From Gammaproteobacteria bacterium (GTDB lineage Bacteria > Pseudomonadota > Gammaproteobacteria > JAJDOJ01), in contig JALSSO010000129.1 of NCBI GenBank assembly GCA_026984215.1, positions 23,362 to 87,361 on the forward strand: a stretch of DNA of 64,000 nucleotides. Direction: 5' to 3'. The translations under genes were made by a program, and so were the position numbers. The notes beneath the pieces are model-generated. The model worked only from the letters and a program-made list of their open reading frames with translations. It did not search any database and was not told the DNA's origin. This document shows positions 9,729 through 18,697 of this stretch, in pieces. How positions within the stretch are numbered: position 1 is the first letter of the stretch; every line of letters starts with the position of its first letter.

Positions 9729-9835
9729 GACAAACGGCTGCGAAGCCCGATGACCGAGTGAAGCGCCGTTCGCAGCCGATCGGTCGCTGCGCATGCCGTG
9801 CCCGCGAACTGCTCGCGAGGTTTTGCAACGGCCTG
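9729..9835. repeat. REP/MITE-like hairpin element, copy A (between convergent panD and ppc)
   Basis: Contains the inverted repeat AACGGCTGCGAA (9732-9743) / TTCGCAGCCG (9769-9778). Its right end CTCGCGAGGTTTTGCAACGGCCTG matches the termini of copy B at 18534-18668. Shared internal motifs: GGTCGCTGCGC, CTGCTCGC. Confidence 0.5.
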
Positions 9836-12667
9836 TCAGCCGGTATTGCGCATGCCGGCGGCGATGGCGTTGATGGAGCGCAGTAGGGGGCGCAGATGGC
9901 GGCTTTGCCCGGTTTCCGGGTCGCGCTCGCGGCGATGGCGCCCCAGCAGTACCACCTGGATGTGATTCAGGGGGTCCAGGTAGGGATTGCGTCGTTGCAG
10001 GGAGAATTGCAGGACCGGGTTCTCCTCGATCAGTTCGCGGATGTCGCACACCTCGAGCACCTGTTTCAGGGTGCGCTCGAACTCTTCGGCCACCTTGCCG
10101 TAGATCACCCGGGCCCGGTCCTGGTCGTGCGCCAGGCGGGCGTAGAGGCGCGCGATGCCCATGTCCGCCTTGAACAGGGCCATCTGCGTGTTGTCGAGTA
10201 GCGCGCGGAAAAAAGGCCAGGCCTCGTACATCCGGCGCAGTTGCTCGAACCCGCCGTTCTCGCCGCTGCGGAAGCGGTCCAGGGCATGGCCGATACCGTA
10301 CCAGGCCGGCAGGGTGTGCCGCGACTGCGCCCAGCCGAACACCCACGGGATGGCGCGGATCGAGGCCCTGGAACGGTCGGTCTTCTTGCGGTGCGCGGGC
10401 CGTGAGCCGATGTTCATCTGGGCGATCTCTTGCACCGGCGTGGCCTCGTAGAAGTAGTCCAGCAGGCCGGGAGTGCGTTCGGTGAGGTCCCGGTAGTATT
10501 CCTCACCCCAGGCCGCGAGCCGGTCCATGAGCGCGCGGAACGCCTCCGGCTCGCGCTCGGGGGTGTGCTTGACCAGGTGGCAGCTCGCCTTGAGCAGGCC
10601 GCTGGCGCCCATGGTGAGTTCGTAGACGGCCGTTTCGTAATTGCCGTATTTGTACGTGAGCACCTCGCCCTGTTCGGTGATCTTGATCTGGCCGTTGACG
10701 GTGCCCGGCGGCTGGGCGAGGATGGAGTCGTGCGTGGGGCCGCCCCCGCGGCCCACGGTGCCTCCGCGGCCGTGGAACAGCCGGCATTCCACGCCCAGCT
10801 CCGCGGTCAGGCCGATGATCTTCTGCTGGGCCTTGTAGAGGTTCCAGGCCGAGGCCAGGATGCCGCCGTCCTTGGCGGAATCCGAGTAGCCGAGCATGAC
10901 TTCCTGCAGGTTGCCCGAGGCGGCCAGGGCGCGCGAGTAGACCGGGTGGCGCAGCAGGGTGCCGAGCACCTCCTCGATGCGCTCCAGGTCGTCGATGGTC
11001 TCGAACAGGGGCGAGACGTGGATCTCGCAGCGCCAGCGGCCCTGCGCGTCGCGTTCCACCAGCCCGGCCAGATAGGCCAGGAACAGGACCTCCATCACGT
11101 GACTGGCCTGATGGGTCATGGAGATGACGTAACTGCCGAAGGCCTCGGGGCTGATCTCGTCGCGCATCTCGCGCATGAGGTAGAACACCTCGAGTACGTC
11201 GCGGGCCTCGGCGGTGAGGTCGGATTCGGGGAAGTCGGGGGGAGTGGCCCCGGCGACGAGTTGCCCCAGGAGTTTGGTGCGCTCGCTTTCCTCGAGACCG
11301 GCGTAGTCCTCGTGGACGCCCGCGGCGCGCAGGATCTGGGCCACCGCGTCGGTGTGCCGCCCGGACTCCTGGCGCAGATCCAGTTGAGCGAGATAGAACC
11401 CGAAGGTCTCGGCCAGGCGGATCAGATCCTTGAGCCGGCCGGTGGTGAGATTCCCGTCCCCATGCGCCCGCAGGGCATCCCGGAGCCGGTATAGATCGGC
11501 CCGGAAGTCGTTCTCCGAGGCGTAGGCGTGGCCGAGCCGCAGCGTCTCGAAGCCCTGCAGCCGCTGTTCCACGTGTTCGAGGTTCTGCTCCAGCCGGAAG
11601 GCCATGATGGCCAGTTTCCGCCGATAGGGTTCGTGCTGGAAGCGGTCCGGGTCGTCGCGAAAGGCGGCGCGGGCGATGAGCTTTTCCTGGGGCAGGAAGA
11701 GCTCGCCGCTAGCCGGCGTGTCGGCGATGGTGTCGGACTGGGTGAGCACGTTCATCAGGTCGCGCACGCGGCGCAGGTATTCGCTGAGGATCTCGCGATG
11801 CTGTAGGCGCAGGGCGTTGCGCGTGACCTGGGGAGTGACGAAGGGGTTGCCGTCGCGGTCCCCGCCGATCCAGGAACCGAAGCGCAGGAAGCTGGGGACG
11901 CGGATGGCCCGGTTGCCTCCCTGATCGGCATAGTTACGCAGGATCGCCCGCTCCATGTTGCGGTAGACCTCGGGCACGGCGGTGAAGATGGCGTTGCGGA
12001 AGTAATACAGGCCGTTTTTCACCTCGGCCTCGACGCTGAGGCGCTTGTGGCGGATTTCCTCGGTCTCCCAGAGGATCTGGATGTTGGCCTCCAGGCGGGC
12101 CTGGATCTCGCGTTTCTGGTAACGGCTGAGCTGCGTGTTGTCCAGCTCCAGGCTGATGACGAAGATCCTGCGCAGGCACTCCATGACGGTGCGCCGGCGT
12201 GCTTCGGTGGGGTGGGCGGTGAACACGGGGATATAGCGTGTGCGGTCGAGGAGTTTCTGCAGCGCGCCGATGTCCACCCCTTCCTCGTGGAAGAGCCGAA
12301 GCGTGTCGTCGAAGGAGCCGCGCCACAGCGGTTTTCCGGTGCTCACCTGGACCCGGCGCTGACGGTGCTGGAAGGCCTCTTCGGCGACGTTCACCAGAGC
12401 GAAATAGATGGAAAAGGCACGGATCACCTGCTCGAGCGTTTCCAGATCCAGGCGCTCGATGAGGCGCATGAGCCGTTCCCGTTTGGCCGGATCCTCCTGC
12501 TGGCGCAGCCGGATGAACCCGCGCCGCAGGGTCTCCACGTGGGCGAACAGGCGTTCGCTGCCGTGGCTGCGCAGGACGTTGCCCAGCAGGGTGCCGAACA
12601 GTTTCACCCGGGCGCGCAGCCGTTTGTCCATGGAGGGCTGGTAGGCCGGGGCGGGGCTTCTGGTCAT
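9836..12667 (-). CDS. ppc: Phosphoenolpyruvate carboxylase
   Basis: Full-length PEPC with the catalytic motifs VFTAHPTE, GYSDSAKDGG and FHGRGGTVGRGGGP, and C-terminal ...GMRNTG. The 1123-aa ORF was trimmed by 180 codons to MTRSPAPAY (about 944 aa, typical PEPC size). The upstream extension is Arg/Pro-rich high-GC noise. Confidence 0.9.
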   Translation of the reverse strand: MTRSPAPAYQPSMDKRLRARVKLFGTLLGNVLRSHGSERLFAHVETLRRGFIRLRQQEDPAKRERLMRLIERLDLETLEQVIRAFSIYFALVNVAEEAFQHRQRRVQVSTGKPLWRGSFDDTLRLFHEEGVDIGALQKLLDRTRYIPVFTAHPTEARRRTVMECLRRIFVISLELDNTQLSRYQKREIQARLEANIQILWETEEIRHKRLSVEAEVKNGLYYFRNAIFTAVPEVYRNMERAILRNYADQGGNRAIRVPSFLRFGSWIGGDRDGNPFVTPQVTRNALRLQHREILSEYLRRVRDLMNVLTQSDTIADTPASGELFLPQEKLIARAAFRDDPDRFQHEPYRRKLAIMAFRLEQNLEHVEQRLQGFETLRLGHAYASENDFRADLYRLRDALRAHGDGNLTTGRLKDLIRLAETFGFYLAQLDLRQESGRHTDAVAQILRAAGVHEDYAGLEESERTKLLGQLVAGATPPDFPESDLTAEARDVLEVFYLMREMRDEISPEAFGSYVISMTHQASHVMEVLFLAYLAGLVERDAQGRWRCEIHVSPLFETIDDLERIEEVLGTLLRHPVYSRALAASGNLQEVMLGYSDSAKDGGILASAWNLYKAQQKIIGLTAELGVECRLFHGRGGTVGRGGGPTHDSILAQPPGTVNGQIKITEQGEVLTYKYGNYETAVYELTMGASGLLKASCHLVKHTPEREPEAFRALMDRLAAWGEEYYRDLTERTPGLLDYFYEATPVQEIAQMNIGSRPAHRKKTDRSRASIRAIPWVFGWAQSRHTLPAWYGIGHALDRFRSGENGGFEQLRRMYEAWPFFRALLDNTQMALFKADMGIARLYARLAHDQDRARVIYGKVAEEFERTLKQVLEVCDIRELIEENPVLQFSLQRRNPYLDPLNHIQVVLLGRHRRERDPETGQSRHLRPLLRSINAIAAGMRNTG

Positions 12668-12708
12668 GGTGTCGATCCCTCGTTCCGGGGCTGGGCCGAA
12701 ACGGCGGA

Positions 12709-13797
12709 TTATACGCGGGCGTCTTTCCCGACGGCGTGCCGCGCCAGGGCCCAGGCGACGTGCTCGCGGACCAGCGCCGAGGGATGGTCCGCGCGGCGGC
12801 GCAGCGCGGCGACCACCGGCGATGTGGTGGGGGCGTTGCCCAGCGCAACGGCGATGTTGCGCAGCCAGCGTTCGTGACCGATGCGCCGGATGGGCGAGCC
12901 CGCCGTCCGATCCAGGAAGGTGGGTTCGTCCCAATCGAACAGTTCGGTCAGCCGCGCGGCGTCCAGCCCGTGGCGGGGCTGGAAGTCGGCTTCGGCGGTG
13001 GGCCGGGCGAAGCGGTTCCACGGGCAGACGAGCTGGCAGTCGTCGCAGCCATAGATCCGGTTGCCCATGAGGGGGCGCAGCGGTTCGGGGATCGGGCCGG
13101 GATGTTCGATGGTGAGATAGGAGATGCACCGTCGGGCGTCGAGCCGGTAGGGTGCCACGATGGCCCGGGTGGGGCAGATTTCCAGGCAGGCCGCGCAACG
13201 CCCGCAATGGGATCCACCGGCCGGTTCGTCAGGCGGCAGGTCCAGGCCCGTGTAGAGCTCCCCCAGGAAGAACCATGAGCCGGCCTGGGGGGAGATGAGG
13301 TTGGTGTGCTTGCCGATCCACCCCATGCCCGCCTGTTCGGCCAGGGGCTTTTCCAGGACCGGGGCGCTGTCGGCGAAGGCGCGATAAGGAAACGGACCTA
13401 CGGCCTGCTCGATGCGCCGGGCGAGGCGCTGCAGTCGCTTGCGCATCAGTTTGTGATAGTCGCGTCCCAAGGCGTAGCGCGAAACATAGGCGCGCTCGCC
13501 GTCTGCGAGCACCGCCCAGGGTTCGGCGGCTTGCCCGGGCCAGTAGTCCAACCGCACCGAGAGGATGCTGCGCGTGCCAGGCAGGAGCGCGGCGGGCTGC
13601 AGACGCAACGCCACGTTGCGCGCCATGTAGCCCATCGCCCCGTGCATGCCCGCGCGCAGCCACGCCCGGTAGTCCTCGGCGTAGGTCTCCAGGTGGGGCC
13701 GGGCGATGCGCAGCTCGGAGAAGCCCAGTTCGCGGGCCCAGAGACGGATTCTCCGGGCCAGTGACGCGCCCGGGGAAGTAGGGGCGGATTCGCTCAT
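12709..13797 (-). CDS. queG: Epoxyqueuosine reductase
   Basis: QueG signature, including the 4Fe-4S ferredoxin motifs CGRCAACLEICPTRAI and CDDCQLVCPWN. It is the C-terminal 362 aa of the spurious 961-aa ORF. It lies divergent from nnr, as yjeS/queG does in E. coli. Confidence 0.85.
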   Translation of the reverse strand: MSESAPTSPGASLARRIRLWARELGFSELRIARPHLETYAEDYRAWLRAGMHGAMGYMARNVALRLQPAALLPGTRSILSVRLDYWPGQAAEPWAVLADGERAYVSRYALGRDYHKLMRKRLQRLARRIEQAVGPFPYRAFADSAPVLEKPLAEQAGMGWIGKHTNLISPQAGSWFFLGELYTGLDLPPDEPAGGSHCGRCAACLEICPTRAIVAPYRLDARRCISYLTIEHPGPIPEPLRPLMGNRIYGCDDCQLVCPWNRFARPTAEADFQPRHGLDAARLTELFDWDEPTFLDRTAGSPIRRIGHERWLRNIAVALGNAPTTSPVVAALRRRADHPSALVREHVAWALARHAVGKDARV

Positions 13798-13911
13798 GGA
13801 CGCGAGCTTACAATGGACTCCCCCGTTCGTCTTCCCGCCCCGCCGGCGCCGTATCGATCGATCCCCGGCTCCGGTAAGGTGGAGGGAAGAACCTACCCGG
13901 AGGTGATCGCC

Positions 13912-15402
13912 ATGACCGAGGATCCACTGCCGGACCGGCTCTATCGGGCAGCGGACGTGCGCGAGCTGGACCGCACGGCCATCGAGGATCTGGACATCCC
14001 CGGCTACGTGCTCATGCGCCGGGCCGGGCGGGCGGTATTCGAGTGGGCGCGGGCCCGTTGGCCCCGGGCCTGCAAGTGGCTCGTGGTGGCCGGGCCCGGC
14101 AACAACGGCGGCGACGGATATGTGGTGGCGCGGCTGGCACGGCAGGCGGGGCTCACCCCCCAAGTGGTGCAGGCGGGTGACCCGGAGCGCATGCGGGGTG
14201 ATGCGGCCCGCGCGCGCGCGGACTATCTCGCGCTGGGGGGGGCGGAGGCGCGCTGGGATGCGGCACCCCTTCCGGAGGCCGACCTGGTCGTCGACGCCTT
14301 GCTCGGTACCGGGCTGGAAAGACCGGTGACCGGGGCCTTCCGGACGCTGGTGGAGGCCGTGAACGCCCATCCCGCGCCGGTGCTCGCGGTGGACATCCCC
14401 TCGGGTCTGGACGCCGACACCGGTGCGGTGTTGGGTGCGGCGGTGCGCGCCCGGGGCACGCTCACGTTCATCGGCCTCAAACAAGGGCTGTTCACCGGCG
14501 CGGCGCCGGAACACACCGGTTTGGTGCGTTTCGATGACCTGGGCGTGCCGCCGGAGACCTTCGATGCGGTGGCCCCGGCCGCGCGTCTGCTGCGCCGGGA
14601 CGACCGCCCGCGGCTCGCGCCGCGTCCGCGCACGGCGCACAAGGGATACTTCGGGCACGTGCTGGTGGTGGGCGGGGACATGGGTTTCGCCGGGGCCGCG
14701 CGTCTGGCCGCCGAGGCGGCACTGCGGGTGGGGGCGGGCCTGGTCAGCCTGGCCACCCGTGAGGCGCATGCACCGGCGGTCGCCGCCGCCCGTCCGGAGA
14801 TCATGGCCCGTGGGGTGGAACACGCCGAGGGGCTGGAGGCCCTGCTGGAACGGGCCACGGTGCTCGCCGTGGGGCCGGGATTCGGAAGGGGGCCGTGGGG
14901 CCGGGCGTTGTTCCGCCGGCTGCTCGAGGTGGATTTGCCCATGGTCCTGGATGCGGACGGACTCAACTTGCTGGCCGAGGCGCCACGGGGTCGGGGGGAC
15001 TGGGTGTTGACGCCGCACCCGGGGGAGGCCGCCCGCCTGCTCGGGGTGAGCGCGGCGCAGGTGCAGGCCGACCGTTTTGCCGCCGCCGATGAATTGGCCG
15101 CCCGCTACGGGGGGGTGGTGGTGCTGAAAGGGGCCGGGACGGTGATCACCGGCGACGGCCGGGTCCCGGCGGTGTGCGCGGCCGGCAACCCCGGCATGGC
15201 CAGCGGCGGCATGGGGGACGTCCTCACCGGCCTGATCGCCGGACTGTTGGCCCAGGGCCTGGCGCCGCGCCAGGCCGCCGAGTTCGCGGTCTGCCTGCAT
15301 GCCGCGGCGGCCGACGAGGCGGCCGCCGAAGGCGGGGAGCGGGGTCTGCTGGCGAGCGATCTGATCGCGCGGGTGCGGACGCTGGTGAATGCCTGTGACT
15401 GA
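13912..15402 (+). CDS. nnr: Bifunctional NAD(P)H-hydrate repair enzyme Nnr (epimerase/dehydratase; YjeF)
   Basis: YjeF_N (LVVAGPGNNGGDGYVVARL) plus a YjeF_C carbohydrate-kinase domain (GHVLVVGGDMGFAGAARLAAEAALRVGAGLV...GDVLTGLIAGLLAQG). GGAGGTG Shine-Dalgarno before ATG at 13912. Confidence 0.85.
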   Translation: MTEDPLPDRLYRAADVRELDRTAIEDLDIPGYVLMRRAGRAVFEWARARWPRACKWLVVAGPGNNGGDGYVVARLARQAGLTPQVVQAGDPERMRGDAARARADYLALGGAEARWDAAPLPEADLVVDALLGTGLERPVTGAFRTLVEAVNAHPAPVLAVDIPSGLDADTGAVLGAAVRARGTLTFIGLKQGLFTGAAPEHTGLVRFDDLGVPPETFDAVAPAARLLRRDDRPRLAPRPRTAHKGYFGHVLVVGGDMGFAGAARLAAEAALRVGAGLVSLATREAHAPAVAAARPEIMARGVEHAEGLEALLERATVLAVGPGFGRGPWGRALFRRLLEVDLPMVLDADGLNLLAEAPRGRGDWVLTPHPGEAARLLGVSAAQVQADRFAAADELAARYGGVVVLKGAGTVITGDGRVPAVCAAGNPGMASGGMGDVLTGLIAGLLAQGLAPRQAAEFAVCLHAAAADEAAAEGGERGLLASDLIARVRTLVNACD

Positions 15403-15868
15403 ACCCCCTGTGACACAGCTGGCGCTGGGCGACGAAGCCGCCACCGCCCGTCTGGGGGCCGGGCTCGCGCGTAGGTGCCCGCCCGGCACCGTGATCCATC
15501 TTTCGGGCGAGCTGGGCGCGGGCAAATCGACGCTCGCGCGTGGGTTCATCCGGGCCCTGGGGCATACCGGCGCCGTGCGCAGCCCGACATTCACGCTGCT
15601 CGAGCCCTATGAGAACCTGAGGCCGCCCGTGGTGCACCTGGATCTCTACCGTCTGGCCGATCCAGAGGAGCTGGAGTTTCTGGGGCTGCGCGATTACCTG
15701 TCCGGGGAGGCGGTGCTTCTGGTGGAGTGGCCCCAGCGTGGCCGGGGGCATCTTCCCCCGCCGGATCTGGACGTGGCGCTCGCCGTGTCCGATCCGGGGC
15801 GCCGGGCCCGGCTGGCGGCGCGCACGGCGCGCGGGGCGCGTTGTCTCCAGGGTCTGTCCCCGCGTTGA
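15389..15868 (+). CDS. tsaE: tRNA threonylcarbamoyladenosine biosynthesis protein TsaE
   Basis: P-loop GELGAGKSTLARGFIRALG followed by SPTFTL. Overlaps the nnr stop; nnr-tsaE-amidase order is conserved. Confidence 0.8.
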   Translation: MPVTEPPVTQLALGDEAATARLGAGLARRCPPGTVIHLSGELGAGKSTLARGFIRALGHTGAVRSPTFTLLEPYENLRPPVVHLDLYRLADPEELEFLGLRDYLSGEAVLLVEWPQRGRGHLPPPDLDVALAVSDPGRRARLAARTARGARCLQGLSPR

Positions 15869-16076
15869 GAGGTCCGTGCGGCCCCAGGTGCGTTCCGTTT
15901 CCGGTGGCGCAGACAGGCGGGCAAAAAAGTGGTCTATCTCGCGAAAATTTCGAGCATTCTTCCTTGCATTCTGCGTCTGCTCGTCCAAACTATGAATGAA
16001 GGGAAAACACGCATCGAGGGTTGCCGGGCCGCGATCGCAGACAGCGGCCGGCATCTTCGGGCGAGGGAGGGGCGCA

Positions 16077-17426
16077 ATGGGGGAAGACCGGACGCAGGTG
16101 GGTCGCCGCCGTTTCATCACGCGGTGTTTGGGGGTGTCGGGCCTGGTGATGGGCGGGTCATGGATGCCGCCGTCTTGGGCTGCCGGACCCGCGCTGCTGC
16201 GCCGCGTGCGCGCCCACGAACGCGACGGCAGCGTACGCGTGGTGCTGGATCTCGATGCCCCGGCCAAGCACACGCTGTTCACGCTGCACGATCCCGAGCG
16301 TGTGGTGGTGGATCTGGAGAACACCCGCGCGGCGGAGCAACTGCCGAGCGCGGGACTGTCCGGCGGGTTGCTGCGCCGGATCCGCTGGGCACGCAAGAAG
16401 GATGGTACGTTGCGCGTGGTGCTCGATCTCAAGGAGCGGGTTCGCCCCAAGAGTTTTCCCCTGGACCGGGATCGCGACCATGGGCCCCGTTTGGTGGTGG
16501 ACTTGCTCCGCGAGGGGGGCGATGCCATCAAGCCGGTCAAGCGCGTCGAGCCGCGGCGCGGCCGGGAGTTGGTCGTGGCCATCGACGCGGGCCATGGGGG
16601 CAAGGATCCCGGCGCGATCGGTAGAAGGGGCACGCGGGAGAAGGACGTGGTGCTGGCCATCGCCCGACGCCTGGCGGCCTTGGTGCGCAAGACGCCGGGT
16701 ATGCGGCCGGTGATGATCCGCGACGGGGATCAATACGTCCCCCTGCGCGAGCGCATCAACCGGGCCCGGCGTCATCGGGCCGATGTGTTCATCTCCATTC
16801 ACGCGGATGCGGCGCGCCACCGGGGGGCCCGTGGTTCGTCGGTCTACGTGTTGTCCTCCCGCGGTGCCACGAGTGAGCATGCCCGCTGGCTCGCCCGCCG
16901 CGAAAACGAGGCCGATCTGATCGGTGGCGTGAGCTTGGGAGACGTGGACCGCACCATCGCCTCCGTGCTCCTGGATCTGTCCCTCTCGGCCAAGGTGGAG
17001 GACAGCCTCGAACTCGGCGATGCGGTGCTCACCGAGCTCAAGCGCGTGGGCCGGGTGCATAGCCGGCGGGTGGAGCAGGCGGGTTTCGTGGTGCTCAAGG
17101 CGCCGGACATTCCCGCCATCCTGGTGGAGACGGCCTTCATCTCCAACCCCGTCGAGGAACAGCGCCTGCGCACCGCCGCCTACCAGAGCAAAGTCGCCCG
17201 GGCGATCCTCAAGGGGGTGCAGCGGTATTTCAAGGATAATCCGCCCCCGGGGATGCTGGTGGCCTCGGCCGGGGTCGGCCAGCACGTGATCCGCCGTGGA
17301 GAGACGCTTTCCCAGATCGCGAGTCGCTACGGCACGGACGTGCGCACCCTGCGCCGGCTCAACGCGCTGAAAGGAGACGTGATCCGTCCCGGTCAGGTGC
17401 TCCGGGTGCCCTCCGGGGAGTCCTGA
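16077..17426 (+). CDS. N-acetylmuramoyl-L-alanine amidase (AmiB/AmiC type) with Tat signal, two AMIN domains and a C-terminal LysM
   Basis: Twin-arginine signal (RRRFITRCLGVSGLVMG...AAG), duplicated AMIN-like segments (VRVVLDLDAP.../LRVVLDLKER...), Amidase_3 core (VVAIDAGHGGKDPGAIG...ISIHADA...FVVLKAPDIPAILVETAFISN), C-terminal LysM (HVIRRGETLSQIASRYGTDVRTLRRLN). GGGAGGGG Shine-Dalgarno before ATG at 16077. The paralog (amiB vs amiC) is not assigned. Confidence 0.85.
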   Translation: MGEDRTQVGRRRFITRCLGVSGLVMGGSWMPPSWAAGPALLRRVRAHERDGSVRVVLDLDAPAKHTLFTLHDPERVVVDLENTRAAEQLPSAGLSGGLLRRIRWARKKDGTLRVVLDLKERVRPKSFPLDRDRDHGPRLVVDLLREGGDAIKPVKRVEPRRGRELVVAIDAGHGGKDPGAIGRRGTREKDVVLAIARRLAALVRKTPGMRPVMIRDGDQYVPLRERINRARRHRADVFISIHADAARHRGARGSSVYVLSSRGATSEHARWLARRENEADLIGGVSLGDVDRTIASVLLDLSLSAKVEDSLELGDAVLTELKRVGRVHSRRVEQAGFVVLKAPDIPAILVETAFISNPVEEQRLRTAAYQSKVARAILKGVQRYFKDNPPPGMLVASAGVGQHVIRRGETLSQIASRYGTDVRTLRRLNALKGDVIRPGQVLRVPSGES

Positions 17427-17447
17427 TCGAACCGCCCGCGGTGGGTG

Positions 17448-18110
17448 TCAGCGCTTCGGCTCGCCCCGGCGCGGGAATCCATCGTCGCCCAGCCTGGGAT
17501 AGGGGCGCCCGGCGCGGCGCAGGGCGGCCGCAAGCCGCGGCCAGGCCAGCTCGAACAGCAGCCGGTCACGCACGTCGGGGGGGAGACGGGGCTTGTCGTA
17601 GAATCCGGCGGCCAGTCGCTGGCGCTGGGCCTCGAACAGCATGAGCGCGGTGGCCACCGAGACGTTGAGCGATTCCACCATGCCCAGCAGCGGGATGTGG
17701 ACGATTCCGTCGACGTGCTCCAGGAGCGAGGCGGAGATGCCTTCGAGTTCGGCGCCGACCGCGATGGCGGTGGGGCGGGTATAGTCGATCTCCCGGAAGT
17801 CGTGCGCCTGGGGGTCCACGTGGGCGGCGAAGATGCGCAGTCCCGCCGAACGCAGATGATTCACCGCCTCGACGGCCCCTCGATGATGCCGAACCGAGAC
17901 CCACCGGCCCACCCCACCGGCGGCCTTCTGCGTCAATCGGGGTCTCGCACCGGGCCCCACGGCGTGCAGCTCGCCCACGCCTACCGCGTCACAACTGCGT
18001 GCGATGGCGGCCAAGTTGTGCGGCTTGTGCACGCCGTCCATGAGCACGGTGAGGTCGGGTTGGCGGCGGTCGATCACCCGGCGGATGCGTGCGAAGCGTT
18101 CCGGTGTCAT
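17448..18110 (-). CDS. trmH: tRNA (guanosine(18)-2'-O)-methyltransferase
   Basis: SpoU/TrmH motifs (LTVLMDGVHKPHNLAAIARSCDAVGV, IAVGAELEGIS, HIPLLGMVESLNVSVATALMLFE). ORF trimmed to MTPERFARI. Confidence 0.8.
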   Translation of the reverse strand: MTPERFARIRRVIDRRQPDLTVLMDGVHKPHNLAAIARSCDAVGVGELHAVGPGARPRLTQKAAGGVGRWVSVRHHRGAVEAVNHLRSAGLRIFAAHVDPQAHDFREIDYTRPTAIAVGAELEGISASLLEHVDGIVHIPLLGMVESLNVSVATALMLFEAQRQRLAAGFYDKPRLPPDVRDRLLFELAWPRLAAALRRAGRPYPRLGDDGFPRRGEPKR

Positions 18111-18185
18111 GGGCGCGGCGCCTGGCGGACCTCGCGGTATACTGGACCGCGAAAACCTCCGTGCATCCAAACAGGGAGCGCACCC

Positions 18186-18473
18186 ATGGATCCGATCCAA
18201 CCTCGTATCGACGCCGTGGAAAGGCAGCTGGCGGAGCTGGAGGCCCGGCTGGCCGAACTGGAGCGGCTTTCCGAGACGCGCAACGGCCAGGCCGGCGAGG
18301 CGGCCCGGCGGGAGTTACCGGTCCTGCGCCAGCGGCTGCGCGCCAAAAAGGCGGAGTTCGAGCGCCTGCGGGCCGAGGAGGCCCAGTCCTGGGAGAAGGA
18401 AGACCTGCTCGCAGGGATCGAAGCGGTGTTCGACGAGATCGGGGCGCGGATCATGAAACTGCTCGGGCGGTAG
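18186..18473 (+). CDS. Hypothetical small coiled-coil protein
   Basis: 95-aa ORF in the coding frame of the region's high-GC3 codon usage. Heptad-like content (ERQLAELEARLAELERL...LRAKKAEFERLRAEE). No family recognised. Confidence 0.45.
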   Translation: MDPIQPRIDAVERQLAELEARLAELERLSETRNGQAGEAARRELPVLRQRLRAKKAEFERLRAEEAQSWEKEDLLAGIEAVFDEIGARIMKLLGR

Positions 18474-18533
18474 TGCGAGGGGATCCGGGCAGGCCGTGGC
18501 GGTTCATGCTCGTTACGCACATCGGTTCCTTCG

Positions 18534-18668
18534 CAGGCCGTTGAAAAACTGCTGCGAAACCCGCCTGCGGCGTTGCGCGCTGCTCGCTCCATCGCCTATC
18601 GCCTTGATTATGTCTCGGTCGCTGCGCTGCGTGCGCCTTGCAGGCGGGCTCTCGCGACGTTTTTCAAC
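18534..18668. repeat. REP/MITE-like hairpin element, copy B (between convergent coiled-coil ORF and sohB)
   Basis: Terminal inverted repeats CAGGCCGTTGAAAAAC ... GTTTTTCAAC, with inner arms CCCGCCTGC / GCAGGCGGG, giving a ~135-nt imperfect hairpin. Shares termini and internal motifs with copy A at 9729-9835. Confidence 0.5.
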
Positions 18669-18697
18669 ACCCTAGTTAGGGTCTCTGCCGACGCGCT

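Noticed and set aside
12667-13207. N-terminal 180-codon extension of the ppc ORF
   Set aside because: The Arg/Pro-rich extension has no PEPC homology. The PEPC family start aligns with MTRSPAPAY at 12667, and the extension would run through queG on the same strand.
12709-15594. 961-aa minus-strand ORF
   Set aside because: Only its C-terminal 362 aa is a real gene (queG). The remaining ~600 codons are antisense to the strongly supported nnr and tsaE genes and have Arg/Pro/His/Gly-rich high-GC noise composition.
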